A stretch of DNA of 64,000 bases. It comes from Lama glama. Taxonomy: Eukaryota. Positions 38,101-53,490 of this stretch are shown here, piece after piece; the first letter of the stretch is position 1, and every line of letters begins with the position of its first letter. The DNA lies in contig JAPYYK010000093.1 in assembly GCA_028534125.1 (NCBI GenBank), positions 992,001 to 1,056,000 of the forward strand, given 5' to 3'. The translations under genes and the position numbers were made by a program. Below the pieces are notes generated by a model, which did no database searches, was not told the DNA's origin, and saw nothing but the letters and a program-made list of their open reading frames with translations.

Positions 38101-41100
38101 CAGGCAGAAGTGCCAGGTCTGGGGAGGAATAGAGAGGTGTGGGGGAGGGGATGAAGGTTTCCAAAACAAAACTAAGCTAGGCTCCTAGGCAGGGAGGGAG
38201 AGGGATAGAGGAACATGAGTGGTAGCTGGGCAGGCCCAAGGGGTCCCAGTGCCCCAGGCCAGGGTCCATGAGCTAAGAAGAACCAGTTATGGCCACAGGG
38301 CTCCAGGTCAGACAGACCTGCGTGCCAGATGCAGAGGACAGTTCCATCCTCCACTCACCTGTGGCTATGCACAGGCCATTCAATCTCTCTGAGTCTTACT
38401 GGCCCAACCTGGAAAATGGGGACAGTGACAGTACTCATATCCCCCAGTGGCCATGAGGATGGAATGAGAACACACAGAGAACTCAGGTTAGCACAGGGCC
38501 AAGTGCACACAGAGCAGAGATGGGCTTCAAGGTTTGCTTGACTTCAGGGTTCTCCTGTGTCTTGTCTTGAGGTGGCCTCACAGTCTTCACCTTCATGTTC
38601 TTCAGATTATGGGGATATTCAGGTGCAGCCTCTGGGGCCCAGGGAGGTGGGCTCCCTCCAATCCAGCAGGTCACAGAAAATGATCTCAGATCCCGAGAGA
38701 GGCAGGACTGGGCTTTGCAAAAGTGGACCAAGGATCAAGAGTCTGTGGCTCATGTTTTGCTGTGAAAGGCTCAGTGAGGAGGGGGCAGACCCTCCAGGGT
38801 GGGGAGATCGTGGCTGATCTCAGGGGGGAACCCTGGCCATGGGAAACAACCTAAGCCAGGGACCCAAGTCAAGGAATTAACCCAGCCCTCAGCTTTGGCA
38901 GACTGGAGGAGGGGGCACCCCCACTTTCTTCGACAGACACCTTTACATCTGCAACTCCTCTGAGCACCCTCTCAAGCAACGCCCCCTTCTGCAAAGTGTG
39001 TGGTAACCTTGCGTTGGTCCCCTAACCTCCCTGAGCCCCAGCTCCTCATCTGTGAAATGGGCACACACTCTCCTCACCCATGAGTGGGGCAGGCAGGTCT
39101 GGGACTATCAGCACCTGCTTTACAGGTAGGGAAAGAGGCACAGAAAGAGCTACGGCCTCCACCCTCTCTCAGAGGTTACACAGTATGTAAGTGGCAGGAC
39201 CAGAACTCCCCTGCCCCCGGCAGGTGCCAGACCCTCACATTCCACCCATGGCCTTCCCACGGGGCTGAGGAGAGGCCACACGGCATCTCGTGAGCCCTGC
39301 GAGTGCTTGCTTAGAGGGTCCAGCTTCTATTATTCTCCTTTAGCTTCTTAAAGGAGAAAAGGATTTTTCTGTCAAAATCAGCTACACAATTGGTGAAACA
39401 TTACCCTGGTTCTAGACCTTCTATGACAGTGTGAAAATAAGACATATTCTTCGTAAGACTGAAAAACTTTTAGCAAACACAAGTGTTTTATTCTGAACTC
39501 AGAAATGCCTCTTCAGTGGGCCTTCCTCATGCAGAGACCCCCACCTCGGCCACTGAGGCTGTGCCCCAGCTGTGCTGCAGACATGCCAGCCCAGCCCATG
39601 CGGGGCGACAGAGGCAGTGGCTACCTTCCCTAAGCAGGGGCAACCAGGGCGAGTGAAGCCATGCCCAGGAGACCCCTGCTGAGGCACCCAGCTGGCCATG
39701 CCTCTGGCCAGCTCTGCAGAGGGGGACCCAACAGCCTCTAGCTCTCGGAAGGACAGCTGGTCTCTTTCTCCCAGAGGAGATGTTACAAAGATGACAGAGA
39801 GTAAGAAGTGGGGGCTGCAGAGACCCTAGAAAACCGTCTGACTCTGCCCCCAAGACCTGCTCCTCCCAAGGCCAACACCAAGTCTGCTCGGCAGCTCTCG
39901 CACTCCCCTGGGCTTCATCCACGTCCCTGCAGCTCCCCACACAGACCTGGGTGAGCGTGGGCAGCCATCGCCCTCCTCAGGCTCCTCCCAGGGGAAGCAG
40001 GGGAACTGGCTGCCCAGGCTTCCAGCCTCCTTAGCCTTGGGCCCAGGACCCTCTCTCTGCTGCTCCTGTTCAGCTAGGAGGCTCCCAAGCCTCCAACACC
40101 CAACCAGCTCCTGGGAAACTCCTGGTCTCTGGAGCCACAGCCATGAGGAAGGGGAAGTGAAAGAGGGAGGAAGGCCTCGCCCTCTGGGAGACTGGGGCGG
40201 TGGCCTGGCAGCACCGAGGGACACTCCTGCCCTGGGAATGGGCTGCAGTGACTCATCTGCACTCTCTCAGCCTTCCTAGGGTAAAGACGCACCCTGGTAC
40301 AGGCTTGGCCTGACTCAGAGATCGAACTGAGCCACGGAGTGCGCTGGAGAAGGGTCTTAACCCCAGAGCTCCTGTTCCCAGCAGAACACACACCCCACAG
40401 TGGTGTCACCCCAGCTGACTGTTCCCCTGGCACTGTTCATGGTCACTGCCCATCAAAACGGTCTTCACAGCCAGAAGGGGGACCCCGGTCAAGCAGAGCA
40501 CCCAGCCCCTTATTACAGATGGGCACACAGGCCCGGGAGGGGGCCCGCCACACAGGGAAGGATGGCTGAGAGCACAGCTTGGCTGCCAGACAGGCTGGGG
40601 TTCCAGCCCAACCTGGGTGTGTCCTGCTATGTGATCCTGAGTGAGTTAGTTTGCCTTCCTGGACCTCAGTCTCTGCATCCAGGACATGGGGGTGGTGCCA
40701 ACCCATTCTTAGACTCTGCTGTGTTTGTGTTTAGTGTGTAGAAAGCACTCCAGGGATAAGTGGGTGCTTTTATCCCCCCGCCCCATGCTGCTGCCTGTCA
40801 GAGGGCATGAAGACCACCTGCCAGTCCCACTGCCACATCCTGATAAGGGGGTTTGTTTATGTTGCGGGAACAGCTATGGAACAAGCTGAGTCCCCTGGAG
40901 GCTGAACCCTTAGGAATGGGGTGATGACTGGCAGGTCAAGGCCCTGGCCTTTCATGCTCCTGAAAATAGACTCTGATCATCACTTAAGGGGTGGGGTGGG
41001 GTCAAGTTCAGGGTGCAGGCTAGAGAGCCAGCAGCTCTGGGGTGCTCATCCCAGCTAGCACAGGGCAGCGCAGTTCCGAACCTAAAACAGAGGCACATTC

Positions 41101-44100
41101 CGCCTCGCACCTCAAGCCCCCCATCCCCTCCATAGGCTCTCTCAGTTGGCTGGGAGACTGTGGCCCTTTCTCTCCCCGACCTCATCCAGCAATCCTTGGG
41201 CGTCACAGTGCTCCTGGTCTTGCACCATTGTCCCCAGCAAGTCTCAGACCAATGAGCCATAAAAGGAGACCCACTAGCAGAAGCCACAGCCAAGGCTGAC
41301 TTCCCAGACTCCACAGGGAACAGCCTCAGGTTACAAGCTTGGCCCAAATGCCCCTGACTCCAATGCTCCAGCTGCCAATGCGGACAGCACTCGGTCAAGG
41401 CCAGGAGCGGAGGAAACACTGTGAGCGGCCTCCTTCTTGTCCTACCCCTACCAGATACTGGGGGGTGGGGCAGGCTTTCAGGGTGACTAGGATGAGTAGG
41501 ATGAGTCCCGAGCACCTGACCAGCCCCCATCTGTCCTCCGCCTGCCCTCAGCCCGCAGGCTGCGGAGAAGAGGCAAGCCAGGCCCGAACCCATGAGACAG
41601 ATAGAAGGTGGCAGCCCGAGAGAGGAGGGACTGAGCAACAGCAGAAGAAACAGAGATGGGCAAGGAGAGGGACAGGGAGGCAGAGAAGACAGAAAGAGGG
41701 AAAGCAGCACAAAGAGAAAGTAGCAAGGACAAAGCCCTGGTCTAAAGAAAAAGGTAAACCTAATATCAAACCTGCAAAAAAAGCAAAATCAATCTTCTCA
41801 GCATCCCTGGTCCATCCAGTGCTGAAAAGGCCTCCTGAGGCTCCTCATCCTCAAAAAGGCCCGCCTGGTGCTCCTGCTCTAAACGGGCCCCCACGGTTCC
41901 CACACAGCAGGGTGCTCATCACAATGACACAGGGCCTAATCCACTTAGTTCCAAAAGGGCAGAGGTGGGGAGGGGTTTCTTTCACATCATTCTTTCCAAC
42001 CGTGCAAGGGGCTGGCTTCCCCAGGTGCAGGGTAAGCCCAAGTGAGACCTCATGAAGGCCAATAAAGTGCCACCAAAAACTGTACCCAGGCCGCCCCAGA
42101 TGAGATCTCTGCTCTCTGACAGTGTCTGTGGGCCTGGGCAGTCTCATAGCAGGAGCCCAGGGAGAGTTAGCTACTCAGACCGCATCCCGTTCCCCACCAC
42201 ACATTCAAATCCAGGGTTCAACTGCACCAAAATGATGGTGGTTTTGCAAAAAATTCCAAAACTGCCTTTTTCCAAGGTCACTTGGGGAGAAAGTAGCAGG
42301 AAGGACTTTAAGCACAGAGCCCTGTTCCTCTCTCAACACCAGGCGGCCTCTCATGTGGAGCCACACGAGACCTCGAACAGGTGGGACAAAGGGCAGCAGA
42401 ACCGAAGTTCTCCTCGGAAAACATGGGAGCCTGTGGGAGTCCATTGGAGCCATGATCCCCCTGCCCTGAGAGCAGCAGACTCACCTATCCGGGTGGGACC
42501 TGGTGAACACTTTTACAATACAGGTGTGCTGCGAAGACGCCCTCACCTAGGGATGACCACTGTCCCCAGCTCTTGCCTGGTGGCCATCACCTTGGGACAC
42601 ATGGCAGCCCGTTGCCAGGAAAGGAGGCTGGGGGGGCTACAGAGCCAGATGCTCCACCTGCTGCCCCCTCACAGGGGTCTCCTATGATGATGTGTCAAGG
42701 AGGTCCTGGGAGAGGAAGACAAGGGATCAAAGTAGGAAACAGCTTCCCCAAGTGCAAACCTCAGCAGAGACATAACAGACCTCTGTTGTCATAGAGACCA
42801 GGCCCTGAACTGAACAACAGCCCAGGTGACCCAGAAGCCCCTACAAAACCCCTGGCAACACTGGTCCACAAGGGTGGTCCTGGTGATGCTAGAAAAAAAA
42901 GCTCTAGGAGAAGGAGGGAAGATTTTTGCCCACCTAGTGGGGAAGGTCACCAAAGAGAGAGGCCTCTAGTGGACAACCTATGAATCTGAGTTGTGGGCAG
43001 ATGGAGAGTGAGAGTCAACTCTGGCCTTTTCTCTCCATCCTTCAAGCCCTATGTAAATGCCTCTTCTTCCGCAGAGCACTTTGGTCCCTCCACAGCTCCC
43101 CAGAGTTTGTCAGGGCCTGGACCCCAGCCCTGCCGAGATGAGCCATATCCGACCAGGACACAAGACTCAGGAGTGGGGAAGCGGTACTGCACAGCAGGCG
43201 CTGAGCTGTCCAAGCCAGACATGTCGTCACACCCTGGGTCCTCCTCTGTCATCCACATCCTTCTCAGACCAGAGGCCTGCATTAAAGCTGGCAATGTCTT
43301 CCAGGAAACTGCCCCTGGCTGGCCCGGTCCTGACAGTTTTCTCTCCCCCACTCACCAACCTGACTTCCTGCCTGTGGCACCCTGGACTCTGCTAGGCTGC
43401 GCTTGCCTGAAATTCAGAAGACCTGGGATGAACCACACAACCTTTCTGGTGCAGTCCCACGGCCATCATGGTCCTCATGCACTGGCCTTGCATGACCACC
43501 ACCACTTACAGGCATAGAGTCCTGTACAGGGAGGGAGCTAGGCAGGTACAGACAAATACCAGCAGCATCACTTAGGACCCAGGGGAACCATGGAGGACAT
43601 TGCCAGCATCATTCCAGGGGCCAAGTCTCAGAGACCCTCCCATGTCCCCACAGACTTGCACGAGGCATGAGATGACTAAGGTGCTAAGACTCTGTCATCA
43701 AACTGCCAAGGCTCCCAGCCCTGCCACTCACCAGCTGTCCACCTTGGGCAAAGCATTTACCTTTATGAGTATCAGTGTCTTCAACCATAAAATGGGAATA
43801 ACAAGTTAGGTAAGATAACACGTATTGCACACTGAGAACAGGGTCAGCCAGACAGAACACTCTGGAAAACTGTTAGCTATTTACAAGAATATTAGAATCC
43901 ACAACCCCAAGGCCTGACACCTGGACAGATGGCGTCACTTCCTGGGTGGAAAGGGAAGAAGGTTCTGGGAGTCCCAGCAGAGGGAATCCCAACAGTGGCC
44001 AGGAGCACAGCTTCTAAAGCTGTGACCAAGGCCGGCTGGGCAGGGTGTGAAGCATCTCAAAACAACCCACCTCCGTGGAAAACCCACTATTGGCATTTCA

Positions 44101-47100
44101 TAGGGTTTGATGCCCTCCTTAGGATGTTCATTTAAAAAGCAAATGGCCTACTCCTGGCAGTTCCAAAGGCTCCACTTGAGTGTGGTAGTGCTTGACCTCC
44201 TCAGAGCCTTTCCTTCCAGGAGATGGGCAGCCTGCGGAGATGCTCAGTTGCAGTGAAACCACTACTGCAGACTCCAGACCCCACTGTACAGGGCTGCCAG
44301 CCCTTCACATGCTTCCTGATTTGTTGACTCAGTAAACAAGAGGCCCCGCAGAGGCTGATCTGACCGGTCTGGAGATGGCAGGTGAAGGAGTGGCAGCTGC
44401 CAGATGAAAGTACCTGGCTGTCCTGGCAGCCCCACCCAGCCTCAAATCCAGCTCTACAGCACCAGCTCCAACAGGCCAGCCCCACCTGTGGAGCAATGCA
44501 GGGATTTCCTGAGCATGGGGATCTGGCACCCCACCACTCCACTCCACAAAGACAGTAAGAGGAGGGCACTGGGAGCCCTGGGGGCCTCCAACAGGCTCCA
44601 GTGGACCCAGAGCCCAGAGAGCAGGGGCAGAAAGAAGACTCCATCTCTCCTCCATGTGCAGAACCCCTCTTTTATTGTTTTTATTTATCTAAGTCACTTC
44701 TGCCTGCCAAGAGGCTGAGGACCACAAGTGGGCTTGGCAGGAAGTCAGGAGGGAAGAGGATTCTGGCCTCTGCTATAATCCGCCCTCCCAGTCAAGCCAT
44801 GTGACTTCCGACCACTAACTTCAGGTCCCAATTTTCATATATGGGATAAGGATTGAGGGGCTGGGTCTCAGCTATGATGGGGTGACTGATGGGGGACAGA
44901 TGGGCAGACCTGTGTCCAGTTAGGAGTGAAGCTAAGGGGTGTCAATTAACCAGTTAGGACTGGAAGGGGTCACAAGCAAGAGGTCAGTAGGAGGCAGTCC
45001 CCTGCCCTGGATACTTGGCAAGCAGACCTCCAGTTCCTGCCAAAGGGACAGCAGCAAGTGCTAAGGGTGGAATGGAGAGTGGACTGACAGCACTGGTGGC
45101 GGAAACTGGCCTTGGGAAGGAGCCGCTGAGTGTGAATGAGGCCAAGATAGACCAAGCCAGTGATCAGGGGCTGAGGGAAAGGGGAAGAGGCCCAGCTCCC
45201 CAAGAAGGAGAAGTCTACTTCTCTAGGGCCCCCAAAGAGCAGCAACAGCTACAGGGACAGCGACCACAGCTCTTCCTGCTTTATGAGCGCCTGCTCTGTT
45301 TCAGGCTTCATACTAAGCACTATCTTCCACCTTGAGCAACAGGACCAGGAGGATGGGCATAGAGAGCGATCAAGATGCTAGACCTGGACCACCAGGAAGG
45401 AGTGGGCTAGACAAATCCAGGCTACAGGACAAGGACAGGCCAGCCTGGGAACCTGGGATGGTCTGGGGAAGCTGAGAGACACAGAGCCCAGGGCCTCTAC
45501 CTAGGCTGACCTGGAGCAACTGGAGAAGGGGCTAGGTAGAGGCAGAGAGAAGGCTGAGACCCATCCACAGGCTGGCTGAGCTCCTGGGGCCCAGGCCTGC
45601 CCATGTGCTGAGGTCCCCCTGTCCTGGGCCTCCTGGGTAGGGAGCAGAGGCTATAAGCAGAAAGGTGTCCCCTCCCTCCTCAAAGCAGAGCCATCACTCA
45701 CAGTATAGGTACAATGTGCTTCAGGCTGTGTTTGTCCCATCTTGAAAGATGGAGTGAACCTGCCCAGTAGGGTACAGACTTTTAGGCTTGGTCACTGGAG
45801 AGGGTGGGAGTTGGCAAGAACAGGAAGGTGCTGGGGTGGGGTCCACATCTAATCCATGTCCCCCTGGAGGGCCAACCTAGGGTCAGGTCCTGAAGGTCTC
45901 AAGCCAGTAGCCCTAGTCACACTCACCCCTGAAGCCTTAAGGGGTACTGTAAGCCTGTCCCAGTTCTCAGCCCAGAACAGAGAGCACTGAGGCCCTAGAT
46001 TCAAGAGAAGATGCCTTGGAAGTTGTTGCAGTCACAAGTTCCCCCAAGTTACTTGTTAGGCACAGCACCTATGGGGAAGGGCCTAGACCCAGTCCTGCTT
46101 AAAGCCAGCGCTGCCTGGGCCCATGATCTCTAGCCACTCACACTCTCCATTCCTCCCTCACAGCATCTGGAGTACCACAGGGGCTGGTCAGAGCTCAGTC
46201 CTGGCTCACAGGGCCAAAGCCTCAGTATTAAGAGGTACTCTGGCCTCAGTCAAACTCTTGTCTACCCAGACTGCCCCCTGACCCTAGCAGGGCTGAAAGG
46301 GCTAAGACAGTGCTGAGGAAAAGGGTGGAGATTCTCACTTCTCACCCCATTACCCCCATCTCCCCTCAGAAGAGCCACCTTTTCACTGAAGAACTCAGAG
46401 AATCCCCTGCCTGGGGCTCCAAAAGGGCCCCCTAACCCCACTCCACTGCTGAGTTAGTAAGCCAAGAAGCTGTGCCTGAGACCTAGCCCCACTGGCCCAG
46501 CCCTGAGCATCCTCAAGACCCATTCTCATGATCCCTTCCAAGATCACCATGGGGAGACGACTATTAGTCCTAGTGCCACTGGGGAAGACAGAGAGTTAGG
46601 CCCAGGCCCCTGCTCAGACACTTGCAAACCCTGCATGCTAAATAAGTCCTGTAGCCTCTCCAGAGCTGCTCCAGTCTCTTTACCAATTACTCTACATGCA
46701 TCATTTCATCCCAAGCTCACATCAACTCCTTATCTTATCAACTCTTGCAGAGAGGCAGAAACCTGATTTCAAGAGTCCAAAGAGCTAGTCCAAGGTCATG
46801 GAGCTGGCAAATACAGGCCAAAGATTAGAGCTACATCTGCAGGACTCTGTGCTCAGGCTCATGATTGCAATGACTATAAAATAAGAAGATCCTTGCTGTA
46901 GTCTAACCTCCAGGAGCCACTCTCCTTGCCATGCTCTACCCACCCAAGTGGCCACTGGCACAAACTGCAATTAAGTAAAGTTTCCAGTGATGACAGATTC
47001 AAGGGATTCTGGGTATGGGGCAGGGTCCTGGGCCCAGAACTATGTGGCTAGATCAGCCACCCCCAGGACTGCCTGGATTCCACCTGTATCAGTGAGGTCT

Positions 47101-47608
47101 TAGCCAGGCCTACAGTGGCATGACGTGGCTAGATGGCTGGCCCGCCCTCTGTCCAGGAAACAGGGTGGGTCAGACTTGAAACAGGGCCGGCCCCTTTCAA
47201 CACGGGTCTGGTGACTCAGCTAGAGCCCATCAGCACCTTCCTGCCCACAGGTGTGATGGGCATCAGCCTTGCCCACCAGCCAGCCCTAAGAGGCTCCCAC
47301 CACTGCAGCCAGGCAGGCAGGGGCCACAGGAGAATGTAGCCCCACCTCAAGCTTTCATGGGGACTCCGTCACAGGCAGAAAGAAACTCAAACCCATTTCA
47401 GTCAGAAGAGCTTTTCATGGAAGGAACAGCCAAGCTGAGTGAAGGTCCTCCTTGGGCCCAAAAACATAAGCCCAGCCAGAAACCCAGAATCAGGAGCCAC
47501 TCTTTCCCTACTTCCGGGTGCAGCAGGCTCTACTCATACTGACTCCACCCCCTGCTCCCTGGGACACCATGGGCTTAGCTAGGCTAAGCCTCAGTTTCCC
47601 CGTCTCTA

Positions 47609-48700
<1,092 letters not shown>

Positions 48701-50054
48701 TTACCAACCACTAGGGAAGTGAAAGCACAGACGTCTTGTTTCTGTTGGAGATTCAGGTAGCCTCTTGAGTCGGTTGTTTTCTCTGCACGCTGCTAGGAAA
48801 CCCTCCAAAGTAACTTGTAAGTCTTCTGACTTCCTTAATAGTGACCGATCGCCAGAGTACCTAAAGTCTAAATTTTTGCCAACGTGCCAAGTGAAATGGA
48901 ATTTTGTGATTCTCGTCTCTCTGGTTCCTGGTGGCTCTGGGCGTCTCTCTAGCACTGGCATCTCTCCCTTTTCTGTGCATCTCTTGCTCATATTCTGTTG
49001 GGAATACAGCGTCCTTGGACCAAAATTCTAAATTCCCATTTGGTCAGATCCATCAACTTTTCACCTTATGGTTTGAGCTTTTGGTGTGTTTAAAAAGTCC
49101 CCTCCTTCCACTCCAGTGGCAGATATTCTTTATTAGCTAAATGGTTTTCCCTTCCACATTTAGGCCTCTACTCTGAGCCCATCTTAGATTACCTTACATA
49201 AATAAACTGGTTTTCCTATCACAGGCTGTTAACTCTTATTTCACAGATGAGAAAACTGAGGACCCCTGAGAGGAAACAACTTGTCTAGAGCCGCGGGGTG
49301 TGTGGCTGTCTCCTTGGACAAATCTGCACTACTCCCGTACATCCTTCTCACACCCCGCCCCCAATCCCAAACGAGATGTCGGGCTTGGGACTGGGAAGGT
49401 GCGAGGTGGGGCAGGATCCCTGCACGGTCCTCTGCTGCCATCTACCGACCATTAACGGGACTGCAGGAACGCGACCTCTCCCAACCATGGGTTGTCTATG
49501 TATATACTTAAGTATTCAAAGGTATCTTCTGGCTCTGGGATTGGGGCCCCGCAAGCTCTCTGTCCTATGCACCCCCAACACACATACACACACATGTGGA
49601 TGCACACTGATGCCTTATCCAAGCTCTTCAGTGCAGCAGCTCCAGGAGAAAGGGCACCCTCTCTGTACAGTGATTGAGCTGGATGAGGGTGTGTTGAGGG
49701 TCTGCCCTGTCTCCTTAAGGAGACCTTCAAGCTAGTAGGGTTCAGAAAAGCAGAGGCCCTGAAGATAGACTCAACTAGGTGTACTGAACCATTCTTTTGG
49801 ACCAGACACTGGGGAAGTCCTCTATCTGGCACCCCATGACCTCACTAGGACTGGAGAAGAGGGCAGTACCAATCCCACACAGCCTGCAACACAGACACAT
49901 AAGACAGACAAGTCTTGAGAGGTCAAGAAACCTGCCTGAGGTCAGTAGCTGTCATGGCAGAGCCGCCATCCCAACCCCCAAAGAACAACTCCAGGGCCCA
50001 GCTCTCACCCTCAAATTATGCCCTCCTCTCCTGTGCCCCTCTGCCCCCTCCCAC

Positions 50055-50165
50055 ATCCATATGTACATATTCTCACACGTGTTCACATATGCACAATCAC
50101 ACATTTACATGTGTGCACACATGCACATAGAGATACACAGGCATGCACACAACACACACACATTC
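50055..50165. repeat. Degenerate (CA)n/(CAT) low-complexity tract
   Basis: Directly visible. Confidence 0.7.
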
Positions 50166-53100
50166 ATGCCTAGCTGGACCAGGACTTCTGTCCTTGAGCC
50201 TCACCTAAGAATCTGATCCAAGATCCCAGAGCCTTGAAGAAAGCCTGTGATCCAGATGTTTTCATTGCTTGGAGACTAGAAAAGGATCCTCCTTCTTCTA
50301 TGCGGGTGGCTGGTTTGAGCCAGATGAACCCAAAGCTGAGCAATGTTTCATTCTGGACAAGCAGGTCTCAACTCATAAGCAGCAGGCTAGGGAGTTGAGG
50401 GTGGAGGCAGGCTCCTTGTCACAGACAAGGACTTCTCTGCATGCCATGGTCTCTGAGATATCTTATTTTCTAAAAATAGAGTTAGATTACAATTGTTCTA
50501 AAATTTTTATACTTGTAGTTTTCAAACTGGTCTCTTTTTATTAAAAATTTTAATTGCATAAGTAAAACTTGCTTGTTATATAATAAATAAAAAACATACA
50601 GAAAGGTAAAAAGTACGCAATGGTGATGTCTGTCCCCTTGCAGTGTCCATACCGGTACCAATGCTTACACACGTTCCCCACATGGCTTCATCATGGACAC
50701 CTGTTTTGCAACTGACCGATTAACCCAGGTGAGTCAGAATGCATGGTTTCCCCTCACTGCTCATGTTCCAGCAAGTATCTGCCACCTGCCCACTGATGGG
50801 AGGATTTAGTATTTGAGATGGCTGGGCCAGGGCAGGGGTGGGTTCATGGTGGCAGATTCTGCCACACAGCCCTCCATGATAGCTGCACATCTATGGGGAT
50901 GGGGGCTGAGGCCTTTGGAGTAGCTTACAATGACCAAGGGGTCCAGTAAGTGCCTGAACAGCATGGGAGGGGGGCAGCTGAACCCTCCCTCCCCCAACAC
51001 ACACAAACTGTTCTTTGAGAAGAGAGGCTGCACATGTGAGAGTATAGAGACAAATGAGCCAGACCTTGAGGAAGGAACTCCCGTGTATTCTTGTGTCCCA
51101 TCTTCTGACTGTTCTGAGTGGGGAGGGGCAGAGAGATTCTGCAGCAAGGCCAGTTCCTGGGGTGCAAGGCAGGGGTTTTTCTGCAAGGGAGAATCTAAGG
51201 CGATTTGACACAAGAAACTAGGAGAGGAATTGCCACTGGGTGTCAGTGTTGGCCCAGCAATCAGGGCGAGAGGTGCTAATTAGATGGTTCCAGGGACTCA
51301 CAACACCTAGGGCAAGCAGGCACCTGGGGCAAAACAGAGGCATATCACTGTCCCTAGCATGCCTGAAAGGTGCATTATACTGTCAAATTCACAAAGGACG
51401 GTTGGAGGGCAAAACCCTTGGGGCCCTTTAGTTTACACAAAGTACTGCATAATCACTGACTTCTGTAGGGGGCTTTCAAGGGGACATCCTTGGTGCTTGG
51501 CCATTGACTGGCCAGGAGACAGGGAGGCTTCACTGAGGACCTGAAAGTTGGATCCCGAAGGATGCCTAGAAGCTGGCATGTCACAAGAAGAGGAAGTGTG
51601 GGGAAGGACGGGGCCTGAGTGATCTAGGATATATTGTAACCTCTCTCTCCCTCAGTTTCATCACCTATTAAGAGGGGGCAATATGTAGTAGTAAGAAAAT
51701 AAAATGGGCTGGAAATTGCTGAGCGCACCTGGCACATAGTAAGTGTTCAGTAAAGTAGAGTGAGAAGGAAGCGGTACAGCCTTAGGGTAGAGAGCTTGGG
51801 ATTGGTCCCCACAGAGAACTAGGTTCAAATCCCAGCTCTGTTGCTTGGCAACTGCAAAGGCCCTTTGCCTTCACAGTAATGCAGGGCAGTAGGCAGTTCC
51901 TACTAAAGAGATAGCATCTTACACAGGAGCCCCAGGCTGGGATCTCCAGGTGCCTCAGCCGTCAAAGTGAGTAACGAGGGTTCCACACCCATCAGCATCC
52001 CATTAAAGGAGCTTCTAGCCTATTTTGGTGGGGCTACACTGAAGCTCAACTTCTCTTTAGGAAATTTACGGAGAAGTGGATCCCCTGAAGTCACTTCTCA
52101 TTTGAACCAATTATTTTGTCATTTTGTCCTGTTTCACAGGGCTTTGCTTTTGGATCCCTCTGTTTTTCATCTCCTCCCAGGCAGGGCAAGCTCAGCCCTG
52201 TCTGCCCTGGGGAAAGCCTGGACACTACCATCCAGGCCTCTGGACACTGCCAGCAGTCTGTCATCCCTGGCAGGAGATCTGAATCTTACCCTCTTCCCTG
52301 GGAACATGAGGATACACATTGGACAGTGGGGAGTGGGGAGCAGACCCTGTCACTTCCCCAATTCTCTCCCTCTCTTTCTGGCGTAAGGGCTTGGAGAAGG
52401 TGTACGTAGTCCTTATAGTCTTTCAAGATGCTTCCTGGGGAGTCCAGTGAACTGAGAAAAGGTGGAGAGGATTGCGGGTAGGAGCATGGGCTTCTGACTT
52501 TTGTTCCCCAGGGCTCAGTCTTGTCTGCATAATGGGGACAATACCAGCTGTTAAGGATAAAGTGTAGCAAGTGCTCCATGTAGATGGGAGGGGGTGTCAC
52601 TGCTCCTTCTCTCTACCTTATCATCCTACAGTTTCTGGGTGTTTGGAGCTCCAGGTCTCCCACATTTTTAGGAGGCCCACCAATCTAGAGACACATGTAG
52701 ACTGTCCAGTGGGCGGAGCTGGGGGCTCACTATCCTTGCCTGCCTCCCGAAGTCAGTAGTCATTTCTTCCCTGACTGGAGGGCCTGCCAGAGGCCAGCTT
52801 AGGGTCGAGACTGAATGGCCCTGCTTGGTGCAAATGTTGCTATGGTGACTTCTCCCCCAGGTCTCAGAGAAAACGTTCTTGCCTGGATCCTTTTGGCTGT
52901 GGTGATGTCAGGATTGACCCCCGTGGACCTGCTCGGTTCTGAGTACTCCTTCCACACCTTTTCCATCTCCCAATGTCCCTCTTCAAACCATATCCCATGC
53001 GACCCACACACAGAGTCCAGGTGCAGCCCACAGGGGGCGCCTGCACACCAAACCGCCTTGAAGGAGACGAGCCCGTGACCCCGCCCTCCTGCTGTCACCA

Positions 53101-53347
53101 CTTCTTCAGAGATAAGAGGTCCTGTCCCCAAGGAAGGGGAATGCCCGAAGAAAATCTGGACTTGGGTCTGTAGAACACCGGCCCCTCCCTGGCCTTCTAC
53201 TCGGTCATTCCCTAGTGGTCTCTAGGTCAGGCTCAACCCCACATAGTCACGTCAGCCTCGGGTCCAAGCGCTGTAATTGGTCCTCCTCAACCTCTCTGCT
53301 CCTCCTCCTGCAGTTCGATTGGTCGGTGAGCGGGGTCCCGCCCCATT

Positions 53348-53490
53348 TTCCTGGAAAGTTCTTGGAAATCTGTCAAAGGTGTTTCCTTCAGCGGCCCTCG
53401 GCCCAAGACTAGGGAGCCGACGCCTCTGCCCGCACCTCTCCCCGCCGGGCCGCACAGCCGGCGGTTCTAGGAAGACATCGCTTCCGGGAA
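53348..53490 (+). promoter_or_regulatory. CISH: Two tandem pairs of STAT5 GAS sites
   Basis: TTCCTGGAA 53348-53356, TTCTTGGAA 53359-53367, TTCTAGGAA 53465-53473, TTCCGGGAA 53482-53490. This matches the established four-site CIS promoter. Confidence 0.95.

Noticed and set aside
40952-42687. ORFs of 211-252 aa in the MAPKAPK3 intron
   Set aside because: No recognisable domain, low-complexity composition, overlapping on both strands, and no exon structure.
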